Virus record (IMG/VR): IMGVR_UViG_3300010392_005355
Location: 1 to 64,000 of that record
Length of the DNA: 64,000 bases
Strand: one strand, 5' to 3'
Origin: a virus
The position numbers and the translations under genes were made by a program. Shown here piece by piece: positions 27,549 to 35,758 of this stretch (its first letter is position 1; every line of letters starts with the position of its first letter). The notes under the pieces are model-generated. The model was not told where the DNA came from, ran no database searches, and worked only from the letters and a program-made list of their open reading frames with translations.

Positions 27549-28156
27549 TGCACCTGCCGCCTGACCTCTTCCAGGGTGAGGTGGTCCACATTCTTGGCGG
27601 CGGCCCCAGCCTGAATACATTAGAGCCCGCAGACCTTGGCCTTGACGCCGTCATCGCCGTGAATAATGCGGGCCTCGATTTCTTCCCGGATGCTGACATC
27701 CTGTTCGTCATGGATCGCCGCTGGTGGACATGGAACCGCAGCAGGCTCGACCAGAATCGCAGCGAGTACCGGGTCGCCCGGCAATTCCACGGCCCTGAAT
27801 TCGATGCGCCATGGCCGGTCATCGAGATCGGTCATGACAAGTTCGGGGACCTCAGCGAAAGCCATGACAGGCTGGCTGGCACATCCGGCGGGGCAATGGC
27901 GCTGAACCTCGCCTATCTGCTCGGCGCTGCCACCATCTTCCTGCATGGCTTCGACATGCGCCCGACCGGCAACTATCACGAGGATCATCAGATCCCCACC
28001 CATACCCACCTTTACGAGAGCGAGTTCATCCCGTCGCTTGAACGCATGGCCGCGAGACTGGCGGGCAAGTGCACCGTCATCAACGCCACGCCAGACTCAG
28101 CGTTGAAGTGCTTTCCAACCCCGGAGACAGCCCCTCATGCTGGAGATCGAAAATGA
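27548..28156 (+). CDS. DUF115/Maf-like (sialyl/nonulosonate-transferase-like fold) protein
   Basis: HILGGGPSL, IAVNN, DILFVMD, GTSGGAMALNLAYLLGA, FLHGFDM, VINAT. Confidence 0.7.
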   Translation: MHLPPDLFQGEVVHILGGGPSLNTLEPADLGLDAVIAVNNAGLDFFPDADILFVMDRRWWTWNRSRLDQNRSEYRVARQFHGPEFDAPWPVIEIGHDKFGDLSESHDRLAGTSGGAMALNLAYLLGAATIFLHGFDMRPTGNYHEDHQIPTHTHLYESEFIPSLERMAARLAGKCTVINATPDSALKCFPTPETAPHAGDRK

Positions 28157-28340
28157 ACGGCCAAGGCCCACTCCAAATGAAATCGCTGAATGGGTAACAG
28201 CCCGGCTTGATGAGGGTTATGTGCCCCTGAGAGCCCCCACCCGCGACGACAAGAGCGGAAAACGGGGCAGTCCAGTCCCCACGCATCAGCTATCCGTCGC
28301 TGCCATCTTAGGCGGTCCGGTGATGGTAAGGAAAGGTTGA
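28137..28340 (+). CDS. Small hypothetical protein
   Basis: GGAG RBS; bridges the neighbouring genes. Confidence 0.4.
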   Translation: MLEIENERPRPTPNEIAEWVTARLDEGYVPLRAPTRDDKSGKRGSPVPTHQLSVAAILGGPVMVRKG

Positions 28341-28343
28341 GGT

Positions 28344-28910
28344 ATGATCCATCCAGACGCCTTCATCCACCCGAAGGCCCATGTGGAAGGGGCAATGATT
28401 GGTGCGCGCTCGAAGGTCTGGCAGTTCGCCTCCGTCATTCGCGGCGCTGTGGTTGGGGAGGATTGCAACCTCGCCACTGGTGCGTGCCTGGATGGCTCGA
28501 CCATCGGTGACCGCACAATCATCTGCCACAATGTGGCCATGGGACCGGGGTTTCGGGTTGGCGATGACGTCTTCATCGGACCACAGGTGACGCTGTGTAA
28601 TGACCGCTGGCCAAGGGCTCACAAGACGGGATTTGACATAGACCGGTATCGCGGCGACGACATGGCGGTCATCATTGAGGATGGCGCCAGCATCGGGGCG
28701 GGCGCGGTCATCCTTCCCGGCGTTCATATCGGAGAGGGCGCCATGATCGGCGCGAATTCCGTGGTGACGGGAAATGTTCCGGCCCATCACGTCTGGATCG
28801 GAAACGGCCGCATCATCCCAATCAGAAACGAGGGCCGGGAACGCATTCGGTTCGCCCGGTCCGGACTTGATGACAGTCGCCAGTACATGGCAGAGCGTGG
28901 CTTTGGCTAG
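28344..28910 (+). CDS. Hexapeptide-repeat acetyltransferase (WxcM/FdtC/WbpD-like)
   Basis: IGARSKVWQFA, VFIGPQVTLCND, ASIGAGAVILPGVHIGEGAMIGANSVVT. Confidence 0.9.
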   Translation: MIHPDAFIHPKAHVEGAMIGARSKVWQFASVIRGAVVGEDCNLATGACLDGSTIGDRTIICHNVAMGPGFRVGDDVFIGPQVTLCNDRWPRAHKTGFDIDRYRGDDMAVIIEDGASIGAGAVILPGVHIGEGAMIGANSVVTGNVPAHHVWIGNGRIIPIRNEGRERIRFARSGLDDSRQYMAERGFG

Positions 28911-29520
28911 GCTGGCGGTCTGCACCCTTCTATGGGACAGCAACAAACACAGCCGCAGCTTCTCTCAGGCCTATAACGAAACATGGGTGGAGCGCCTCTA
29001 TCGCGGGTTTTCCAGAAACCTGACTGCCCCGTTTGATTTCATCTGCTTCACGGACAGGCTTCGGACATTCAGCGAGAGCATCAGCCAGCTGCGCCTGTCA
29101 TCCGACCAGCCTGACTATGGGCATTGTATCGAACCCTATACGCTGGGCCGCCCCATGATCCTGGTAGGCCTCGACACAATCGTCACGGGGAATGTCGACC
29201 ATCTGGCAAACTACTGCCTGAGCGCAGAGAAATTCGCCCTTCCGCTTGACCCATACAATCCATCGCAGTGCTGCAACGGTGTGGCGCTGGTGCCGGAGGG
29301 CCACGGACATATCGGCACAAACTGGCGTGGCCAGAATGACATGGTCTGGGTCCGGCGCTTTGACCATGCCGTGATTGACCAGCTCTTTCCGGGGCAGGTG
29401 GTCTCCTACAAGGGTCACGTAAAGCAAAACGGCCTGGGGGACGCGCGGGTGGTGTATTTTCACGGCGATTCCAAGCCGCACGAGCTCGACGAGCGCTGGA
29501 TCGACCAGCACTGGAGATGA
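28870..29520 (+). CDS. GT-A fold glycosyltransferase-like protein
   Basis: VERLYRG...FICFTD; GLDTIVTGNVD; QNDMVW; VVYFHGDSKPHE. Confidence 0.7.
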   Translation: MTVASTWQSVALARLAVCTLLWDSNKHSRSFSQAYNETWVERLYRGFSRNLTAPFDFICFTDRLRTFSESISQLRLSSDQPDYGHCIEPYTLGRPMILVGLDTIVTGNVDHLANYCLSAEKFALPLDPYNPSQCCNGVALVPEGHGHIGTNWRGQNDMVWVRRFDHAVIDQLFPGQVVSYKGHVKQNGLGDARVVYFHGDSKPHELDERWIDQHWR

Positions 29521-29521
29521 C

Positions 29522-29836
29522 ATGACAACCAAGTTCACAGACGCAGCCCCGATCTCGGGGACGCGGCGCACCGAGGATCACAGCATTGATAGAGTCGACG
29601 TTGATGGTGATTATGAGCCCGGCAATGTCAGATGGGCGACAAGAAGCGAGCAGGCCAGAAACACCAGAAATGCGAGAACCGTGAATTTGGCGGGCCGCAC
29701 TTATCATGTAAGCGATATCGCTGAAAAATGCGGTCTACCTGCGGACGTGATAGCCGATAGATCGCGGCGTGGCTGGTCGGATGAAGACATCATTTCGGTT
29801 CCGCTGGGCGGCAAGCGGGCGCGCTCCCGGCGCTGA
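29522..29836 (+). pseudogene. Chimeric remnant: DUF2213-like N-terminus fused to the C-terminal half of an HNH endonuclease
   Basis: MTTKFTDAAPISGTRRTED then HSIDRVDVDGDYEPGNVRWATRSEQARN and an HTH-like tail. Confidence 0.6.
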
Positions 29837-29848
29837 ACGGAGAATATA

Positions 29849-30970
29849 ATGAAAATCACAGACAGTGTAACGCTCGGCGACGCCCGAGTGAACGATCGCG
29901 GCTATCTCGAAGCCAACGCGCGCACCGCCCGTACAGGCGTGCAGACTTATCTTGGCAGCGAGATGGGCAGGCCGGAACTCGACCGCGTGAACGTCTACCG
30001 TGACGAGGCGGAAGTCTTCTCCAAGACCTCGCTGGAGAGTTTTTCGAAAATCCCGATCACGCTCGACCATCCTGCCTCTGGGGTCAATGCGGAGAATTGG
30101 TCGAGGCTCGCTAAAGGCACGACTGGCGACGAAGTTCTCCGTGATGGCGAGTATCTTAAGATCGGCCTGAAGATTACAGATGCCGACGCCGTGAAAGCCG
30201 TGAAAGACGGCAAGCGTGAGCTTTCTGTCGGCTACTCAACGAACATCGTCTGGGAAGACGGCGTAGCCCCAGACGGTACCCCTTATCAAGCGCGGCAGAC
30301 CGCGATTGTGGCTGATCATATTGCCATAGTCAGTCGCGGCCGTGCTGGCTCGGAATGCAGGATCGGCGATGGCGATCCGCATAACTGGGGCGCCAGCCCC
30401 GTAGTGGAAGACCACAAAGGAAAGGAATCGGTCATGACCGACAAGACCACTCAAATCGTAAGGGACGGCCTTCCGGTCAATGTGCCGGAAGCGCAGGCCC
30501 CTGTAATCCAGAAATGGCTTGCCGATGCCGACAAGGCCCTCGCTGCCAAGCAGGCCGAACTCGACAAGGCGCTAGCCGACGCAAAGGCAAAGGACACCGA
30601 GCTCGGCAAGAAAGATGCTGAAATCGAAGACCTGAAGTCCAAGCAGTTTGACGACGCCAAGCTCGACCAGATGGCATCTGACCGCGCCGAGATCGTCGCC
30701 AAGGCGAAAACCATTGCCCCGCAGCTGAAGACGGATGGTGTGAAAAACGCCGAAATCAAGAAGCAGGCGGTGGCCGCAAAACTCGGTGACGAGAAGGTCG
30801 CGGACAAGTCCGAGGAATATATCTCCGCTCTGTTCGACCACCTGACGCCGGACACCAAGCAGTCCAATCCTCTGTCTGACGCTATCGAAAGCTCTACCCC
30901 ATCCAGCCCGGACGGCTGGGGCGGCAAAGTCTTTGATAGCGCTGGCGTTCCCATGAAGAAAGGAGCCTAA
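29849..30970 (+). CDS. DUF2213 prohead protease/scaffold
   Basis: GYL...ARTGVQTY, PITLDHP, RELSVGY, DHIAIV.RGRAG; coiled-coil C-terminus. Confidence 0.9.
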   Translation: MKITDSVTLGDARVNDRGYLEANARTARTGVQTYLGSEMGRPELDRVNVYRDEAEVFSKTSLESFSKIPITLDHPASGVNAENWSRLAKGTTGDEVLRDGEYLKIGLKITDADAVKAVKDGKRELSVGYSTNIVWEDGVAPDGTPYQARQTAIVADHIAIVSRGRAGSECRIGDGDPHNWGASPVVEDHKGKESVMTDKTTQIVRDGLPVNVPEAQAPVIQKWLADADKALAAKQAELDKALADAKAKDTELGKKDAEIEDLKSKQFDDAKLDQMASDRAEIVAKAKTIAPQLKTDGVKNAEIKKQAVAAKLGDEKVADKSEEYISALFDHLTPDTKQSNPLSDAIESSTPSSPDGWGGKVFDSAGVPMKKGA

Positions 30971-30973
30971 TCC

Positions 30974-31354
30974 ATGGCCGCTCTTACCGAAGGCGCACGT
31001 AACGCGCAGTTCATTGTCTCGGAAGCCAATGGCTACCGCTCCCGCGCAAAAGGCACGGTTACAGTACCAGCCAACAGCACGATTCCTGCGGGCGCCATCC
31101 TTGGCTATGACACGTCCGAAGAAAAGTACGTGAACCCTGACTTCAGCTTCGCTTCCGGCGATCTGCAGAACCAGGCGCTACTTTACGAGACGCTTGTCAA
31201 TGAAACAGGCTCCGCCGTTGATCATGAGGTCACTCTGTTCATCCGTGACGCCGAAGTCACTGGCGCACACCTCACCTATGCGACGGGCGCAGATGACGCA
31301 GCCAAGGCTGCGGCGAACACTGCGCTTGCGTCTCTGGGAATCATCGTTCGCTAG
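30974..31354 (+). CDS. Head decoration protein
   Basis: FIVSEANGYRSR...RDAEV...LASLGIIVR. Confidence 0.85.
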   Translation: MAALTEGARNAQFIVSEANGYRSRAKGTVTVPANSTIPAGAILGYDTSEEKYVNPDFSFASGDLQNQALLYETLVNETGSAVDHEVTLFIRDAEVTGAHLTYATGADDAAKAAANTALASLGIIVR

Positions 31355-31419
31355 CATAGCCTGGCTCCACAAATTGGCCCGCTGAGAAGCGCGCCCTTCC
31401 CATAGAAGGATCTTTTACC

Positions 31420-32439
31420 ATGGCATCCATGGATATCTTCAACAGCTCCGCCTTCAACATGGTTTCGTTGACAGGCGCAGTGGAAAAAATCGACTACAAG
31501 CCCCAGCTTCTGGGTGAGCTTGGCATCTTTGAGGACATGCCGGTGCGTACCCGCACAGTCTTCATTGATGAGCGCAATGGACAGCTCGCGCTGATCCCGT
31601 CATCTCCAACAGGGGCTCCGCCGGAAGAGCTGGTCAAGGATAACCGCTCTGCGCGGCCGTTCCAGACCACGCGTCTTGCGAAGGGCTTCACGCTCTATGC
31701 GGAAGAACTGCAGGGCATCCGTGCCTTTGGCTCTGAAACAGAGCTGATGCAGGTGCAGGCAGAGTACATGCGCCGCATGGCTCGCGTCATTGACGACATG
31801 GAACTGACCCATGAGTTTCACCGCCTCGGCGCCCTGCAAGGCAAGCTGCTGGACGCTGATGGCACTTCGGTTCTGTATAACTACTTTACCGAGTTCGGAA
31901 TCTCTGAGCCTTCAGCCATTGACTTCGCCTTGACGACAGATGCCACTGATGTTCGCGGCAAATGCCACGCGCTTACACGCAGCATGGCGCGGTCTTCCAA
32001 GGGCGCCTTCACCCCGCAAACGGAAGTCCACGCTCTTGCCGGAGATACCTTCTACGACAACTTGATTAAGCATCCGAATGTCGAGAAGACCTATCTGAAC
32101 TGGGCGGCAGCTGCAGAGCTGCGCGAGAACAGCGCCTTCGGAATGTTCCGCTTTGGCGGAATCGTGTGGCACAACTATCGCGGCACGGACGACAACTCGA
32201 CGGTCGCAATTGCGCCCAACGAGGCGAAGTTCTTCCCGGTCAATGCGCGAGGCGTCTTCAAGAAAGCGATGGCCCCGGCAGAGTTCGGACCATACATCAA
32301 CACGCTGGGTCGCAACACTTACGCGATCAACGTGCTTGACCGTGATCGCCAGGCATGGACCCGTGGCGAGCAGTACAGCTATCCGCTGTATATGTGCGCC
32401 CGTCCGGACGTGCTGCGCAAGGCCGTTGGCAACACCTGA
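31420..32439 (+). CDS. Major capsid protein (lambda E-like)
   Basis: MDIFNSSAF, THEFHRLGALQG, SYPLYMCARP. Confidence 0.92.
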   Translation: MASMDIFNSSAFNMVSLTGAVEKIDYKPQLLGELGIFEDMPVRTRTVFIDERNGQLALIPSSPTGAPPEELVKDNRSARPFQTTRLAKGFTLYAEELQGIRAFGSETELMQVQAEYMRRMARVIDDMELTHEFHRLGALQGKLLDADGTSVLYNYFTEFGISEPSAIDFALTTDATDVRGKCHALTRSMARSSKGAFTPQTEVHALAGDTFYDNLIKHPNVEKTYLNWAAAAELRENSAFGMFRFGGIVWHNYRGTDDNSTVAIAPNEAKFFPVNARGVFKKAMAPAEFGPYINTLGRNTYAINVLDRDRQAWTRGEQYSYPLYMCARPDVLRKAVGNT

Positions 32440-32448
32440 TGAAACCAT

Positions 32449-32473
32449 GAGCGGGGGCTACTAGCCCCCGCTC
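32449..32473 (+). terminator. Hairpin after capsid gene
   Basis: GAGCGGGGGCTA-C-TAGCCCCCGCTC; no U-tract. Confidence 0.45.
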
Positions 32474-32493
32474 CCTATCCGGAGACAGAAATC

Positions 32494-32772
32494 ATGAAGT
32501 ACGAAATTACCAATGGCGCGTCATGCGGCAAGGTCTTCAAGGTATTTGGCGGCACTTACGAGGTGAAGCGCGGAAAGACCGAAATTGTTGATGTTGAGGG
32601 CGGCCTTACGAAAGCGCAAATTGAGTATCACAAGGCGTCTGGTGTCGAGATTGTCGAGGCACCAGACGAGGACTCCAAGCAGTCCAAGCCTGCCAAAGAC
32701 GACAAATCGTCCTCTGACACCAAGGACGATGCAAAATCGTCTACCTCGAAAAGCTCCGGCACTGGAAAATAG
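32494..32772 (+). CDS. Hypothetical virion-associated protein
   Basis: Position after capsid; low-complexity tail. Confidence 0.6.
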   Translation: MKYEITNGASCGKVFKVFGGTYEVKRGKTEIVDVEGGLTKAQIEYHKASGVEIVEAPDEDSKQSKPAKDDKSSSDTKDDAKSSTSKSSGTGK

Positions 32773-32775
32773 GCC

Positions 32776-33144
32776 ATGGCTTACACCGCCGCCACAGCCG
32801 CCACGTTCAAGGCGCGCTTTCCGGTCTTTGTGGATGTCGATGACGCGATCATCACGTCTGCTTTGGACCGGGCGCGCCTTGTCGTGGATGACAGCTGGAT
32901 AGAGGCCTACCGTCAGGAAGCAGAGCACCTCCACGCCGCCCATGAGCTGACACTTGATGGCCTTGGGGCCACGCGAGACGCACAGCTGCAGGGGTTCCGG
33001 CGCCTGAAACTCGGCTCTCTGGAGCTTGAGCGTGAATCCGGTTCAAGCAGCACATCAACGACATACGCTCTCACCACATATGGCCAGAGGTTCCGCGATC
33101 TTCTTCAGCGCAATCATCCTGGCGTTTTGGCACTGGGGGGCTGA
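32776..33144 (+). CDS. Head-tail adaptor (DUF4054-like)
   Basis: FKARFPVF, AAHEL, TTYGQRF. Confidence 0.85.
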   Translation: MAYTAATAATFKARFPVFVDVDDAIITSALDRARLVVDDSWIEAYRQEAEHLHAAHELTLDGLGATRDAQLQGFRRLKLGSLELERESGSSSTSTTYALTTYGQRFRDLLQRNHPGVLALGG

Positions 33145-33145
33145 C

Positions 33146-33511
33146 ATGGGCTTGCTGGACGGTGACCTCAAGGAAGTGTTTGGCTCTGTTTTTGCTCCAC
33201 TTCTTCTGGATGCGACCATCTCCAATACCGGCCTCGTCCCTGACGGCAAGGGCGGCTGGACAGAGGGCGCTGAAAACTCGTCGGCAGCGAAAGGCATGGT
33301 CGAGGAGTACAAGGCGTATGAGCGGGCCCAGGCCAACATCCCCAGCACGGACGTCAAGCTGATCATCCTGCAGAAGGATGTCACTGTCACGCCCACTCTG
33401 GACAGCGTTATCACCATCCGGAGCCAGACATATTCCGTGCAAGCCATTGATCAGGACCCGGCGCAAGCCTCTTGGACAATCCAGGGAAGGCCGGTCAAAA
33501 ATGCGGATTAA
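33146..33511 (+). CDS. Head closure/stopper protein
   Basis: Position; DPAQASWTIQGR. Confidence 0.7.
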   Translation: MGLLDGDLKEVFGSVFAPLLLDATISNTGLVPDGKGGWTEGAENSSAAKGMVEEYKAYERAQANIPSTDVKLIILQKDVTVTPTLDSVITIRSQTYSVQAIDQDPAQASWTIQGRPVKNAD

Positions 33512-33908
33512 GGGCGCCGAGAGTCACAAGCGCCGCCTTCGCAAGATGCGGGGCCGGGAGCTGGTCACCGCTTTGACAAGAGACACATTCATCGCCGCAG
33601 ATAGCGTGCGCGGCGTGGCGCAATTTCTGATCTCTCAAGGCTCCATACAGGGCAAGGGGCATGTCCCCTCAAAGCCCGGTGAGCCGCCCAATCTCGATAC
33701 AGGCGTCCTGTCTGCCGGGATTACCGCGCGTATTACAGGCCCGCTCAAAGCGGTTGCCGAGAGCGCCGCCCCCTACGCCGTGCCGCTTGAAGTCGGCACA
33801 TCAAAAATGGCTGAGCGCCCTTACATGGCCCCGGCGGCACAGAAGGTCCGCAAGGAATACACCGTCAACGTCCGCGCGACGGTCAACCGCGTCAACAGGA
33901 AAGGATAG
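33501..33908 (+). CDS. HK97 gp10-like neck protein
   Basis: PSKPGEPP.DTG; YAVPLEVGTSKMAERPYMAPA. Confidence 0.88.
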   Translation: MRIKGAESHKRRLRKMRGRELVTALTRDTFIAADSVRGVAQFLISQGSIQGKGHVPSKPGEPPNLDTGVLSAGITARITGPLKAVAESAAPYAVPLEVGTSKMAERPYMAPAAQKVRKEYTVNVRATVNRVNRKG

Positions 33909-33912
33909 CCCT

Positions 33913-34167
33913 ATGGTTTGGGTCAGATTCACCGAAGACTATGATTTTCGCGCCACCAAACGCGCCACAGTCAGCTACAAGGCTGGCACTAAAATGAACG
34001 TCACACGCGAGTGTGCAGACCGTGCGATCGCAGCTGGCAAGGCTTTCCCTGAGGGACGCAAAGAAGAGCCCGCGACAGATTTTGAGGCAGATGAAGGCAC
34101 GTCCGTCTTCCTGACGGAAGTCTCCAAAGTCGAAGAGACGGCGGAAACAGATGCTGAAGCCGACTGA
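33913..34167 (+). CDS. Hypothetical virion protein
   Basis: MVWVRFTEDYDF...YKAG...AIAAGKA. Confidence 0.6.
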   Translation: MVWVRFTEDYDFRATKRATVSYKAGTKMNVTRECADRAIAAGKAFPEGRKEEPATDFEADEGTSVFLTEVSKVEETAETDAEAD

Positions 34168-34570
34168 CCACACGCTGCCCCTGCGGCGCGCCATCATCAT
34201 GAAGCTATTGGCGACCAGCGCGGTCACAGACCTGCTTGGCACGCGCTTTTACGGAATGCGCACACCAGATAGCCCTGAATGGCCTTTCGGCAGGTATGGC
34301 GCGCCGGACACGCGGCCCTATGAGGCAACAGGTCTTGGCGGAAGTGACAGCGATATCACGCTGCACGTGTTTGCGCGCGGTCCGGATGAGGGGCCATGCG
34401 CCACGATTGCGGACACCATCGTGGATGCACTCTCAGACGACATGCTTCCGCTTGAGGGCGGGGTCGGACTCGTCTCCCTCGATTGGCAGGGAACCCAGAT
34501 CATCGAAGATGGCGGGGAGTCCACGGACTATCACGCGATCATACGGTTTTCAGTGATCACCACTGAATAA
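34151..34570 (+). CDS. Tail terminator (DUF3168)
   Basis: Position; ITLHVFAR; YHAIIRF. Confidence 0.85.
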   Translation: MLKPTDHTLPLRRAIIMKLLATSAVTDLLGTRFYGMRTPDSPEWPFGRYGAPDTRPYEATGLGGSDSDITLHVFARGPDEGPCATIADTIVDALSDDMLPLEGGVGLVSLDWQGTQIIEDGGESTDYHAIIRFSVITTE

Positions 34571-34672
34571 AGGCTCCGCCCGGCCCAGGTGGATGAATTC
34601 AAACATGGGGTGTGGGCAACCCCGTGACGCACCGTCGTGAGACGGCGCAGCCCAATAGAAGGATGCCCATTT

Positions 34673-35125
34673 ATGGCACAAGCAAAGACCATGAAGTTCG
34701 GCGCAGCAATGATTATGCTGGGCGACGGAGCTTCCTCTGAAACGTTCGCCGCGCCCTGCGGGTTCACCGAACTGACCATGACGGTGAACATCGAGAGCAA
34801 CACGACAAATATCCCTGACTGTGCAGACCCGGACTTTCCGGCCTGGCTGATCTCTGATGTCGTGTCCAAGCAGATGACCCTGCAGGGCTCTGGTGTCCTC
34901 GATACCGACGCCATGCAGACGTGGCAGGACTGGTGGTTCGGCAATGAGTCCGAGATCAATGTCCGTTGGTTCCGTGACCTCAGCTCTGCCGAAGGTGGCG
35001 GCTATTTCGAGGCCCCGGCGATCCTGACCTCCTATGAGGAAACCGGCTCACGTGGCCAGCGCTGGCAGGTCAGTGTCGCCATCGCAATGAACGGCAAGCC
35101 GACTTTCACGCCCGGTAACTCTTAA
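34673..35125 (+). CDS. Tail tube protein
   Basis: LGDGASSETFAAPCG, IPDCADPD. Confidence 0.88.
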   Translation: MAQAKTMKFGAAMIMLGDGASSETFAAPCGFTELTMTVNIESNTTNIPDCADPDFPAWLISDVVSKQMTLQGSGVLDTDAMQTWQDWWFGNESEINVRWFRDLSSAEGGGYFEAPAILTSYEETGSRGQRWQVSVAIAMNGKPTFTPGNS

Positions 35126-35562
35126 TGCCGGGACCGTACCGAAGCTGTGAGGTCGAACTGACCTTTGCAGATGCCGACTATACCTTCCGGCTCCCGATCA
35201 AACGGATCGCGGAGCTGGAAGAGAAGTGCCAAGCCCCCATTGGTACGATCTGGAAGCGCGTTCTGACAAGTGAATATCACGCCGTTGATCTGGTCGAGAC
35301 CGTCCGTATCGGCTTGATCGGCGGCGGCCTTGAGGCCCAGGAAGCGCGCACTCTGATCGAGCGGTATTGCGATGTCTGGCCGCTCGAAATCTGGCATGCC
35401 CACGCAACCGCGATCCTGTCGGCCTGCATCATTGGATATGAGGCTGGGGAGGAAAGCGACGCCCCAAAGGACGAGGCGGCGGGGGAGGATACTTCAACCT
35501 CGCCGCAGCCTACGCGGTCGGCCTCGAAAAAGGCATCAGCCCGAAAGAAATCGGCAACCTGA
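35125..35562 (+). CDS. Tail assembly chaperone (G)
   Basis: FADADYTFRL...ELEEKC...RIGLIGGG. Confidence 0.85.
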   Translation: MPGPYRSCEVELTFADADYTFRLPIKRIAELEEKCQAPIGTIWKRVLTSEYHAVDLVETVRIGLIGGGLEAQEARTLIERYCDVWPLEIWHAHATAILSACIIGYEAGEESDAPKDEAAGEDTSTSPQPTRSASKKASARKKSAT

Positions 35563-35705
35563 CGCTTTGGGAGTGGCAGGGAATGGTGGCTGAGCACAGC
35601 CGCATGATGAAGCCCGCTGGCCAGTCTGATCCGCCTACGGATGCGGAGTTTGAGGCCATGAAAGACCGCATTCGGGGCATGAATCTGCCGGATGTGAAGA
35701 TCTGA
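35463..35705 (+). CDS. Tail chaperone G-T extension via -1 frameshift
   Basis: Slippery C CCA AAG at 35463-35469; -1 frame gives ...GISPKEIGNLTLWEW...DVKI*. Confidence 0.75.
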   Translation, partial: PKGRGGGGGYFNLAAAYAVGLEKGISPKEIGNLTLWEWQGMVAEHSRMMKPAGQSDPPTDAEFEAMKDRIRGMNLPDVKI

Positions 35706-35711
35706 CACTGA

Positions 35712-35739
35712 GGCCGCCCTTCGGGGCGGCTTTTTCTTT
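35712..35739 (+). terminator. Rho-independent terminator-like hairpin
   Basis: GGCCGCCC-TTCG-GGGCGGCT followed by a T-run. Confidence 0.7.
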
Positions 35740-35758
35740 GAGATGAAAGAGCGCTGAC

